Source of the DNA: Vitrella brassicaformis CCMP3155
Taxonomy: Eukaryota; Protista; Chromerida
Length of the DNA stretch: 64,000 bases
NCBI GenBank assembly: GCA_001179505.1
Contig: CDMY01000358.1
Location: 1-64,000 of the forward strand
Direction: 5' to 3'
Of the stretch, positions 1-11,981 are shown piece after piece. The position numbers and the translations under genes are program-made. Position 1 is the first letter of the stretch; every line of letters starts with the position of its first letter. The notes under the pieces were generated by a model that saw only the letters and a program-made list of their open reading frames with translations, searched no databases and was not told the DNA's origin.

Positions 1-308
1 ACCAACCGACCTTGTTATCATCGATGAGCCAGTTCTTGAGGAAGCTGCATGCCGAAAAAAAAAAGGGGGGGCCCAACTCCGCGGACGGGCGAGTCTTTTG
101 CAATTTGTGTTGTCTTGCCCAGGGGAGAGACAATGCGCATACATGCATTTGTGCGGCCTAGGGCCACATGATATGCATTGTCTGTTCACCAACCGACCTT
201 GTTATCATCGATGAGCCAGTTCTTGAGGAAGCTGCATGCCGACACACACACACACACACACACCACTCCGCGGACGGGCGAGTCTTTTGCAATTTGTGTT
301 GTCTTGCA
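1..308. repeat. Tandem duplication of the small exon CFLKNWLIDDNK plus its upstream intron (period about 188 bp)
   Basis: 1-55 matches 189-243 and about 74-118 matches about 264-307. A (CA)n tract in one copy is replaced by an A-run/G-run in the other. Confidence 0.85.
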
Positions 309-1295
309 TGACATGAGCATACCAGTGCGGCCCTCTGTGTGTGAAGTAGCGGCACTCGACGGTCTCGCGACACTTCTGTCGGCACTCCTCAACCGTCAGA
401 TTGCTGTCCCTCCAATCGTGAGATATCACACTCCTACACACACACACACACACACGGGCAGCCAGCGCCCAGTGAGATGAGAGGTGGCAGTGCTCGCCAC
501 ACCCTCCATCTCACCCACACAGCGTACCAGAGATGGTCGAGATTATATTGGTCGCAAGGCCGTCTCTCGTCGAGCGGGCGGCAGTCCCTCGCACCCTTCT
601 TCCCATGCGCAATGAGGTCGGCGCCCCGCTCATCCACCTCGCCAGTCTGCACAACCGCCGTTACGTTGGTGAAGAGGAAGCACTCGGCTTTCCTGCCCTC
701 ACACCAACAACAACGAACACACAGATTAACACTCACACACACACACGTGTTCCGTTCAATGCATTGATGAATGACATCCTGCGCGCTTCAGTGCACAACC
801 AAGGTGGATGTGATGTGCACTGTCCACAAACCCCCACACACACCAGTCGAAGCTCCAAGCCCTGCAGTCGTCCCTCTCGTCGCATTTCCGGGCGCAGCCG
901 TCTGTGATCCACACCCGCCGCTTGCTCTGCGGTTTGCCGTCCAGGTATGAGCCTCTTAAAGTGGACTGCCACCTCTGCAGTGCACACACAGACAGAACAG
1001 ACAGGCACATCAATCACATCACATCACAGTGCACAGGTACAGACAGGTGTGTCATTTCATTTGTGCCTGTGATGGTTGGCTGACTCACCCAGCATTCACT
1101 GTCGAGTTGGTGGAGGGTAGTGGCCTGCTCCACAAAGCCACCGCTGGGAGGCTGAGCAGCATCAACAACACGCCTCACAAGCAAAATGGTGATGCAGCCG
1201 AGGAGCCGCTGCAGGCGAGGGAGATGCCGTCTGCTTGATCCGATTGATCTGCCGCAGTTGATGAGAGAGCTGCTGGGCAGGCAAACGCTCAGCAT
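1..1295 (-). CDS. PAN/apple-domain extracellular protein, multi-exon, 3' end off the window edge
   Basis: Minus-strand exons read ...DGCARKCDERDDCRAWSFD..., ...KAECFLFTNVT... and ...NLTVEECRQKCRETVECRYFTHRGPH|CFLKNW.... These have the C-x3-C-x5-C-x2-F/W...C-x-L-K spacing of PAN/apple modules. A hydrophobic segment (RLLGCITILLVRRVVDA) lies near the N-terminus. The start ATG is uncertain. Confidence 0.72.
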
Positions 1296-1575
1296 CTGCA
1301 GTGGCGTCCACGGTGTATGTTTGAGAAGCACAGAGCGGTCATAGAGCCGGCATAGATCTTGCCAGGTGCCAGCCGTGGGGTTTAGGGTTCCACGGATATG
1401 GGCCAGTTTGCGACGTAGGGTTGAGCTCGCAGAGGAAAGGAGCAAGCGGGGGAAAGAGCCAGCATCCGACGTCCCTCTATCGGTAACACATTTGCTCAGA
1501 GTGATCTATGTGTGAGCAAGAACCAACCCTTGAACCGACCGACTCACCACCACCACTGCGGAGACCCAGTTTGCC

Positions 1576-4500
1576 ATGATGGAGCCGCCGCGCCAAATGG
1601 CGTCCCGCGACAGCACATCACGCTTCACCCTCCCCACCACAGACCCACTGTCCAAGGATGCTCTTCACCGCCGCCACGGCGCACCGGCGAGTGCCACGTC
1701 AGGTGGCAAGGGAGCCGCTGACGATGGCACAGGTGGTGCGGGCAGGGGAGAGGCGCTGATTAAGGGCGGCAAGGGAGCCAAGGAGGAGAGTGGGGCGGAA
1801 TCTGACAACTCGCATGTAAGTCAAGTCCTTCACCGAGTCAGACTGACAACAAACAGACACCGGCGTGATGGATGTGGTCGTGTGTGTGTGCGTGTGTGTG
1901 TATGTGCGTGTGTGTGGCCTGTCAGGTCTGCGACTTCTCGTCGGAGAGCTGTCCCCAACCAGATCGGAAATTCTGTAAGTTCTCTGTTGCCACACATACG
2001 GCGCCCTCGCCATGGCATGGATCATCCATCGGCCGTGTCTCTCTCGTCTTGTGCTGGTGTGTCTCTCTCCTAGGCTACCGTGATCTTGTGTTTCTGGCCG
2101 CGTATACGTTGGGATACGTTCTGTTGGTGGGCTTGGCCTCTGTGAGAGTGACGCGAGGCACAAGCACCACAAGTGCCGCGACGTCGACTCTCCCGGCTGT
2201 GCTGCGGGATGGGGTGACGATGTTTGACGTCAAAGTGTTTGGGGTGGCGTCACTCATGCTCGCCATCCTGCTGGCTACCGAGGTGCGCACCGCTCGGACA
2301 CAGTACAACCACATGTTGCCATGGCAGACCGTCGCATACATACCGAATGTGTGGGTGTGGGTGTGGTGTGTGGTGTGTGCAGTTCTTCCCGTTGTTCTTT
2401 AGTGGCATTACGGTTCGCCGTCACCCGAAGGACCCGAAGCTGCGGTATCTGCGTGAGCTCAGCAGCGTGGGGTTTGTGCTGAAGCTCATCATGACCATCT
2501 CATACATACTCATGACCGTGCAAAGTGAGAGAGACCACACTCAGAGAGACCGACACTCCTGCCCTCCACTCACCTGTGTCCCTTGTGTGTGGTGTGGCGT
2601 TCTATCCATCTCTGTCTGTATCAGCGTACAACCACTTCCACTGGATGAGCCAGCCCTTCCCGAAGCCCAGCGCATCGGCCCCGCCCACTCCCGTGGCAGA
2701 CAAGGCCACATCGCTCATCATCCCCTCATCGGATTACTTCCACGTCAAGCGCAATGCCACTGGTGCACGCATGGCCAACGCCACGAGTGCCGCCGGTGGG
2801 GTGGTGGGGGGACTGGCGGTGGACTTCCGGATGGACATGCGGGGCAATGTCGACAGCACTGGTGAGTGAGGGATGCGATAGTGTCGGCAGATGGATGGAT
2901 GGATGGATCGATGAATGATGGGACGGTCACGGCTCTTCCTGTGTCTGTATGTGTCACCGGTGCTCAGGCCGTTTGTCGTACGTCCTTCGTGGGATGCGCT
3001 GGGCGGTCGAGGGGCTTGTGCTGACATACTTCCATGGTAGGGGTGTAACCCACCACACACACACACACACACGGACATCTCTCGCCCCCGACCCACCACC
3101 ACGACCGTCCTGCTGCCTCTTCTCCTGCATGCCTGCCTGCAGGCACATTTTCGTTCGACTCAAGCCCAAAGCGCCGCACAGCCGTCCCCTCCTCCCTCCT
3201 CTCCCTGCGCCTGGCCCTGAGCTTCTCCCTCCCTCTGGCCATCCACTACGGCACCCGGCTGCCATTCGCCGCATGGGGGGTGTCCTGGCAGCTCGGCGCG
3301 CTCGTGTTCGCCCTCATGTATGGTGCGCTGTACCTGATCCTGGCTCTCAAGACGCGGGAAAGACGGGAAAAGGCGGCAGGGAGAGAGGAGGGCGACACAG
3401 TGGACCAGCTGTGCAACCGAGTGCTCGTGTGGACGCCCACAGCCAGCCTCACTCTGCAGACGGTCGTTGCGACCGTGTGCCGCCTGCCGCTGGTGCTGCC
3501 CATCTCCCCCCTCGTATCCATCCACTCGGAGCAGCTCATGTGCACGGCTATCGACGTGGGCGGCCGGCTGCTCGAATCGGTGTGTCTGCACATCCTCCGC
3601 ACCAACCAGACAGACACCCTCTACGACGAGATTGCCTCCAATGCGATGGCTATCGCCCGCTCCCGGTCGTCGGTGGGCGGCAGCAGCCACGGGCACCGCA
3701 ACCGCAACCGCGCGTCGTCCCTCTCGTCCATGCGGACCAACACGGCCTCGGTGAGTGCGTCTAGCGTCGCGCGCCACCGCAAGTACTCGACCCCCACCCC
3801 TCCCTCCTTCATCCCCTCACGCACCGCCCCCGCACCACCAGCCATCGAGACGGCGGTACCGCTCGCGGCTCCCCTCCCGGCACTTCGCCGACCTGCTGCT
3901 GCGACCAGGGACAGCATGAAGGAGGAGGGCCGTGAAACGCCGATGGGCGGGGTGGGGCTGCTGCTCGACTCGGACAAGGAGAGCGATAGGTCGGGTGGGG
4001 TGGACAACCAGCAGCAGCAGCAGCCGCCGCCGCCGGCGGCACAGCAGCAGCTGGAGAGTAGCAATGGGTTGGTGCAGATCGGCCAGGCGTTGGCCGATCC
4101 CGGCGACCTGCGGACATTTGACTTCTCTGCCGCCAAGAACACGTGGAGCGACGAGAAGTTCCAGACCGCCCAGGCGCAGCTGCAGGAGCTGTGGATACAG
4201 AAGGAGAAACTCGAGGAACGGGTGAGTGCGTCAGGGAGGGAGGGAGTGACACACAGTGGTCAACACAGATAAATACATCCATGGATTGGATAAATGTGTC
4301 TTTGTTGCCTCTGTGCCGTGCCTGCATCATGTCGCGTTGCAGGCTCAGCGTCTGGCTGCTCGCCGGGAGGAGCTGGCTGCTGAGGCCGAGGAGCAGCATC
4401 TGGCGGCCGCTCTGGCAGCATCCGCCGCGCAGCAGTCCAGCCCCCGTGCATACACTTCGCCCCCGATCAGATACCCTCCCCCCATCCCCGAGGACGCCCC

Positions 4501-5913
4501 ACACGTGGTGGTCGAGGGCGATGCCTTCCAGCTCGACTCGTCGTCGGCCAGCAGCTCCAGTGGCACATCGCGCCTGCACCCCCACAATACGGTCAGCGTG
4601 CTGCGCCGCGAGCGGGAGGTCGAGACCACCCGCGTGATGCCCTTTCCATCTCGCCCACAGCCGCGGTCGACCCACCGGCAGCGGCTGGCGTGGCAGGCGC
4701 GCTACGGGCACTTCAGCAAGAAGGGGCCGATGCCGTCGATGCAGGGGGTGGGCGGGGTGCCGGTGTGGATGATGCAGAGCGGGGTGGACCGCTGGCGCAG
4801 ACCGCCCGGCAAAGATAGAGACCCCGTCGCCAACTTCGTCCAGAAACGTCAGTCGGGGAGGGAGGGAGGGAACGATGAGCTCTCTGCATCATGTGTATGT
4901 GTGTGTGTGTGTGTGGTCTTGTGCAGGTTTGATACAGTTGCAGTCGGTGCGTCTGCTGATGGTGTCGGCCGAGATCGTCGGTGCCCTTCCCAAGGCCCCC
5001 ACAGCTCAGGAGCAGCAGCAGGAGGTGCGCAAGCAGATGTGCGACTTCCACGTCTGCCAGCAGAAGCTCCAGAGCTTCCTCGCCGGCCGCAAACGCCGCC
5101 CCAGATTCATCATGACCTCGTACTCGGTGCATCCGCCCACGGACCACTACAGTGTCACGGCGCACCACGAGCGAGACGTCGATAGCGACAGCAACGTCAC
5201 GGAGATCAACGTCGTGGCGGGGGCGGGCCGGGAGGAGACCATCATGGCCTGCATGGTGCCGATGGTGGTGCCTCAGGGGGCCGCTGAGGGGTCTGGGTGC
5301 CTGGTGGACAAGAAGCGCAAGGGCGGGCGGGGCAAGAGCAAGCGCAAGACCTTGATGAGTGCGGCTGCTACTGCCGACTCGTCGTCCTACACGCCGTCGC
5401 CTGCATTCTTCACGACGGCCGGCCAGGACACCCACGAGACGAGCTCCCCGATCCCCACCGACCACGAGACGTGCGAGCAGGATCACCATGACGGCCGCCA
5501 CATGCACCACACGCACGTGCACATACCGCACCACACCCACCTACACCACGGCCACCACCACCACAGCACCGAGGGCAACCAGGACGACCGCGCCGCCGCC
5601 ACCAACCAGGGCACCGGCAGCAGCGATGACAACGATAGCGGGGAGGGAGGGTCGAGCGGGTCTGGCTGTGGATCTAGTGGCAGCCAGACCCACACTAACA
5701 CCTCCAGCGACTCGGCCAAGATGGGCGTCACATCAGGTACGTCAGTTAGAGACAATCGAGACAGACAGCATCGACCAGAAAGAGGGGAATTCATGGCTTC
5801 ACGTGTGTGTCATATATATGGTTGTGTGTGCAGGCCGTGAGGGCGGTTGTGAGTCCAACGATAGCGATAGCCAGCGGGATGAGCGCCAGGAGGGCAAGGG
5901 AGGGGGCGAGTGA
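1576..5913 (+). CDS. Large multi-pass membrane protein of unknown function with coiled-coil and His-rich C-terminal region
   Basis: About 10 GT-AG exons. Several hydrophobic segments (DLVFLAAYTLGYVLLVGLASV; VFGVASLMLAILLA; VGFVLKLIMTISYILM; WQLGALVFALMYGALYLILAL) are followed by a low-complexity/coiled-coil tail and HHDGRHMHHTHVHIPHHTHLHHGHHHH. Confidence 0.65.
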
Positions 5914-7557
5914 CCGATCCCTCCTTCCTTCCGCTAGCTACCTGCCTGACACATCTCGCTGGCTCGCTGCTTTGTGTGTTTTTCCTTCTCGAGCACTTTT
6001 GCTTTTGCCCTTCTGACTGCGTGCGCATGAATGCGTTTTCTCTCCATGACGGCGCTGTGTCTTGCCTGACCTGTCGGCAAGACACAGCGCCTTTTTTAAC
6101 CCAAGCCCTTTGATGGGCCGGCGGGCTTGCCCACAGGGGGCAAGCCCAGACAGACAGACAGACAGACAGACAGGAAGGGTTAGGTGAGGCAGCTGGCTGG
6201 CTGGCTGGCTTTGCCCCTTCCTGATCGATGCGCTTTAAAGGTGTGTCTACCCCTCCCTCTTATGTATGTGTCAATCAACGGGGGCCACGCTACCTGGGGA
6301 TGCGATGCACGCGACAGCTCCTGGGGTCGTGGGTGGATGGATGGATGGACTGTCTGGCTGCTGGGGGATGGATGATCTCTGACCGACTGTAAATTAAGGT
6401 GCTGTCTCGTCTTGTTCGCCACTGAAATGCTTGTGTGTCCAAGCGATTCAGTGGTCTGACTCACTCGGACGTGTGTGTATGTCATGTCTCACCCTAAGCT
6501 CCCGAACGAGTACGCTGCAAACCGTTCGGGGGTGGCAGGCAGAGACACGGCAGACAGACATGCGCCAGCAACACAACAGCAACCAAGACAGACGCATTAT
6601 CCGGGTACTGACTTGCCATGTCGCTCGCCTCGCCTATTTTTAGTCCGCTGCGCGTGCGTCTGCCGGGGGCCCCAGACATGTCTGTCTTGCTGGGTGGGTG
6701 GATGGATGGATGGAGCATGTCGTCATGAATGAGTTTTTCCCCGTAAGTTGTGCGTTGCGCGGCTGGTTGGTCGGATGGCAGAGTCTATATGATATACCCA
6801 GTCAGTATGCACGAGTGCGGACGGGGAACTAACCTGCGTCCCTGCAGGTCTCTTTGCCTGCCTGCCTGTCTATCGTGTCGGTCGTGGCATGAAGATGGAC
6901 GTTGCATGATGTCGTGTGGTGTGCTGTGTTGAACGTTTGAGTGAGAGTGAGAGTGAGAGTGTGTGTGTGTGTGTGTCGGTCTCTTTGTCACACAGCCACT
7001 CCCGGGGGCCGTGCTGGTTATGTGTTTGCTGGCGGGGTGGACCTGGTTTACCTGCAGTCAGTCGGTCAGTCAGTCAATCAGTTATGGGGTATCGTACACG
7101 ATATGACATGACGTGACCGACGTGTGCAGCCAGCCAGCCCTCCCACGCCAGCGAAGCAACCAGCGCGGGACGTTTTTCATTCGTGATGATTGTGAGTCCT
7201 CTGTGGAGCGGCCATCTGCCTAGTGCTTACGAGTGGGTGAGGTGTTGCGTGTGTGTTTGTGCGTGTGTGTAGGGGGTGGGGTCAGGTGAGCTGATGCGGA
7301 TGGATGGACGGATTGCTCGTGCCTGGGCAAGTTTCTCGTCTGACAGACACTACTAGCGAGGTCTGTGCATCCATTCAGTGAAAGGAACGTCTGTGGAGAA
7401 TCACAATTCGATCTGCAGCCGAGCGTTGTATTTACCTTTGGCTGGCTGTTTTCCAAGTCCGCGCGCAAAAAGATGGAGGTTACACGTGAGGTGACTCCCG
7501 CCGTCGGTTTCCAGGACCGCTTCCCGTTGACGATGGCCGAGCAGCCGGCCAACCTGC

Positions 7558-9528
7558 TTGCCCTCATCGCCGCCAGCCCCCTCCCCGCTCTCAATCATCT
7601 CTCTCGAGGAACTGCAACAGCTCATGAACCAACACAAATCCAACGCCAGCCTCCAGCAACACCTCATCCACGTCCTTCACAAAGTCATCGACACGGTCCC
7701 TGCACTCTCCACGGCCCAGACGAAGGCAATCTCCTCGTTCATTGGCTGTTGTTTGAAGACGATGGCCAAACAGGACAACGGTGCGGCGGATTTGGTGCCT
7801 CTGTGCGATCTGCTCAAGAAGCTGACAAACGACAATGCCGCCCAGTTCTGCGAGTTCATCAATGGTGGGCACAGATGGGCCATGGTCTGGTCTGGTCCCT
7901 GCATTTATTGATTGATTGATGTCTGTGGTTGTGGATCGATGGGTCGCTGTGTTGTGCTGCAGAGACGCTACAGGCCGCTCTCGACCGCCGCGCTCTCAAG
8001 TTCGCCATCGGGGTGGTGCGCTATCTGCTGCGTAAGCTCACCATGCACACAACCATCCGTCCATCCATTCTCTCTCTGTGTGTGTGTGTGTGTGTGTGGA
8101 CGATGGGTCAGTTCACCTGCCCTACGCAGCGCTGCTAGGCGACCTGCTCGACGAGAGTGACGACGACAACCTACTGCTGCCAGTGCTCCGTGCGTCCCTC
8201 AAGCACCGTGACCTGTCCACCCTCACCCACGCCCTCCAAGCCACACTCCACTGCGTCATGCTCTGCCGCAGCTCCCACCGCACCCTGCTCCCACTCGTGC
8301 ACAACTTCCTCCTCAGCACTTGCCGGGCGTCGCTCACACCGCAGGCCACAGACTTCCAAGGCACGCAAGGCTTCAGAAACGATACAACCAAGGCATGGCA
8401 TTCAATGGGGTGCATGTGTTTGTGTGTGCGTGATCTAGAGTTGGTGACGTGGGGGCTGTGGCAGGCGTTGTGTGTGTTTCCTCGTGAGGGCTTCGACATT
8501 CCCTCTGGTGGCATGGAGGGAGACAAGGACAGGCACTTCCCAAACGACCTCCCAGAGACAGCTCTCCGTAAGGCCTGCAGGGTGGGGCGACACACACCAC
8601 ACAGCAAGTGCAATCTCATGTTGCCTGTCTATCCGTGAATGTGCAGTCGATTGCAAGTGGTGGTCTGCTCGCATCGAGCGCATGGCCGTCATCCATCTGT
8701 GTCGCTTCATCTGCGAGTTCTGGGACGATGCCGCCGACGGACACTCTCCCCTGCACGCACACTACGACCTCGAGGGTGGGTGGGTGGGTGGAGAATGCAT
8801 CATCCATGAGGAAGGAGAAAAGAACGAATCATCCTTGCATGACTGTAAGTGTGTTTGTGGTGTGGCTGCGCAGAGCTGTTGAGCATACTGCTGAAAGTGT
8901 TGGCTCGCAACTCGGCTCTTCTTTCCAGGTGCGTGCCTCGTCTCCAATTAAGAGGAGCCATCTCATCTGCTATGTAAGCTGTCTCTGGCTGTGTCGGTCG
9001 ATACCATGCGTTGTTGCAGTCTGCAGAAGGCTCGTGTGCCGGCCAGGGAGAAGAAACTCGCACAGGCAAATATCGAAGGCATCAACGCACTCTTCAAAAC
9101 CGGCGTAAGAGGCTGTGTGGCTCACACAGGCATCCAGTCCCATGTCCCTCTCTCTTGCTGCGGGCAGGCTGAGCAGGGCCGCAGCAAGGATCTCGCCAAC
9201 GCTGTCATGTATCATGTTGTGGACGCCTGCCGCTCTGTCATCAGCCCCTCACTCATCAACGACGGCACTCTCGGTCAGTCAGTCAGTCAGTCGGGAAATT
9301 GGAGGGGGGGGCTGCCCAGGGCTTATAGTGTGTGTATGTGTGTGTTGGTGTGGACAATGATCAGACATCCGCCGTGTGCAGGTCAAGGACAGCATCAGCC
9401 CTATCCTGCCGCTCTTGTCCGACGATCTCAAGGCCCTGTTGGCGGACTGCATCGTCAACAATGGCCAGGAGGCGCTCGGTGTGTCGCTCTCCAAGAGACA
9501 CGTCAAGGAGCTGCTGGATGCCGACTGA
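7558..9528 (+). CDS. Hypothetical alpha-helical (ARM/HEAT-like) protein, multi-exon, start uncertain
   Basis: Leu-rich helical exons such as LQQHLIHVLHKVIDTVPAL, LAALLGDLLDE-like LPYAALLGDLLDE, and VKDSISPILPLLSDDLKALLADCIVNNGQEALGVSLSKRHVKELLDAD-stop, separated by GT-AG microsatellite introns. Confidence 0.55.
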
Positions 9529-9800
9529 CTGACTGACTCAATCACTGGCTGCGTGTGTGTGGTACCATCCATCCATTCCTTGACGCTATCTATCGCAAAG
9601 AGAGACTCGTCGTGTCCAGATCGACCACAAGGCACGTACATACCCGTACAATGAATGTGTGGTTGCGTGAGTCGAGTCGAGTCAAGACATGCACGCCACA
9701 TGAATGAATGGATGGATGTATCATGGCCATGAACCCAAGAGCCAAAATCCACACGTCACCATCCATCCATCAATCGTGTACAAAGTTGTCTGCACTCAAG

Positions 9801-11558
9801 TCACCCCCCTTGCTGTTCTGACCCCCCCTCCCCCTCCCCCTCTCCCAGCAGCTGCAGCCGACGCAGCAGCTTGAACAATATGACAGACGCCTTGAGCTGC
9901 GCACCGCTTTTCATCCACAGCTTCAGCTTCACCGTGGCGTCTCCATCCTGTCGCCCACCACCATTGCAAGCATTCGTCGTCTGCCTTCCCTCCGCCGCCC
10001 CCTCCAATGGCCCAGCTCGAGATGGAGATGGAGACAGGCGACATGCTCTGAAAATCGGTAAGTGCTGCGGGTCACAGAGGCCCTCCCCATGTTTGGAGCC
10101 GCCGGGCTTGTTCTTCTTCTGCCGACCCGAGGCACTCTTGTTCATGGCTGCCTGGTCGTCAGGGGGGATGGAATGGGACAGGACACTAATTGCGGCCATG
10201 TCTTCGTACAGCAGCAGTCCCTCGTGGGCCGGCAGGGTTGCCTCGAAGGTGAGACAGAAGGGGTGGCTTCTCAACGGAGGCGCCGAGCCACCGTCCTCCG
10301 ACGACGGCAGTCCCTCATCAGCCGACGTCCCTGTCAAGTCCAGGTGGTAATTGAGGGACTTGATAGGGCCGAAGTCGAAGAGACATCGGGTGAGGCACAC
10401 CTGCGGCACGCGGAGAGTTCCGAGTGTCTTTCGGCCGCACTCCTCAGGCTGGTTCGCATTGCTTGTCTTGAGGTCAAGCGGCGGGACTCTAAAGTTCGCA
10501 CCTCCACTTTTAGCACCACCATTTGCCGTCGTCTTGTCATCAACTTTGGATTCTCCCTCTCCCTTGATGGAGTCGATCACACCGCTCAGGTCAAGATGGC
10601 ATGGGTGCAGGATGACCTCCACGGCAGTGAGCGTGACTTTGAAGAGCGACGGCGACGTCACGTCGCCCCAGGACGTCTCCAGCACAGCGACGACATTCAC
10701 AAGCTGGATACCAGAGAGAAACCGATTTGCCACGACCTCAGGGGGGCCACCGAGCAACGACCGCGGAGACGCTTGGGTGTCTGCCGCAGAGGGAAGACAT
10801 GGTTTGCAAAGGGGGATGCATGAGTCATCTGTACGCCTTACGTGTACCTGCTGATATCACAGCTGGTCCGGGGCAAGCCGTGGGTGGGGCCCGCTTGAAG
10901 GCCTTGGCTACCTGCTTGTCCTGCAGAGAGGCATGCAGGACAGGACAGACAGCACAAAAGGGGAGGAAAGAGACAGTGACTGCGGATGGACACTGTAGAC
11001 AGAAGTGGGCCTGTCTTGTCTTCCTACGTACTTCAAGTAGGCATTGAATGAGCTTGGCCTCATAGGCCTCAAACGACGCCCTGTTGGTGAAGGCCTGTAC
11101 GACCAAGAAAGGAGACGAAGAAAAAACAACGAGGAGGAATGAGGATTGACGGCATCACCCCGGGCCGCCTGGCTGCCTGCCTCCCGTGTGCACGGCATGT
11201 CCGCCCACCTCCTTTGGCCCTCTTGGCGTGCGCGGCGTCTGTGCGGGTGAGGAAAGGAAGATGGGCGAGTCTGCTCCTCCGCTCCTGCACGTGCATGTCG
11301 CTCCACACCCATACAGGACGATGCCCATGAGCCGCTGCATGAAGGGAAGCGGAGCCGCCTGTTGTGGCTCCACGGGCAGCTGTCGCACTGTCGGTCCACG
11401 AGGCTGCACGTGGCCTGCATCCGTCGTGACTCTGAGAGAGGGGAACGGAAGAAGGATGCACTCAGAGCAGTTGCCACGGAGTGAGCCATCGTGCCCTCAC
11501 AAGGCTTACAGAACGATCTCATGGTCGTCGAATGTGAAAGCTGCTTCCGACGCGAACA
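9801..11558 (-). CDS. Hypothetical protein, multi-exon
   Basis: Terminal exon of about 950 bp is open (9801-10757). Upstream exons include MFASEAAFTFDDHEIVL, ECILLPFPSLRVTTD... and AFTNRASFEAYEAKLIQCLLE. No family was recognised. Confidence 0.55.
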
Positions 11559-11981
11559 TCGCTGAAGACTGGGGGCCTTCTTGGCCGGCGAGGCTGCCCC
11601 TGACGCCTCTCACAGCTTACGCAGCTCACAAGTCTGATCTCCCGTACGTATCTGTCCACACCAACACGAAAGGCGCCACATGAAGGTCTGTCTGATCTCG
11701 CCCGCACTCCGGAAAAAAGACACACATAGCATAGAGCCACTCAGCCAGGTCGACACACAACACACATCCGATTGACGCGCGGCCGAAGCGCTTCCGCTGA
11801 CTTGACTAACAAACAAACACACCTCCCGCACATACGAGGAAACAACACACACCACACCCACGGGACCACCGCGGCCGCAGACACACTGGCACACGTGAGG
11901 AAAAAACACACATCGAGTACGGACGGACGTATGGACACTAATAAATGCATATTCACCACCACGAGAGATCAGATCAGTCAT

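Noticed and set aside
6123-6147. 10-bp stem hairpin (GGGCTTGCCC...GGGCAAGCCC) as a terminator or ncRNA
   Set aside because: It is short and isolated in a GC-rich eukaryotic intergenic region, with no supporting ncRNA features.
6100-7350. Short ORFs in the microsatellite-rich interval
   Set aside because: Their translations are dominated by CV/HT/DR repeats from (CA)n, (CAGA)n and (GGAT)n tracts and are not coding-like.
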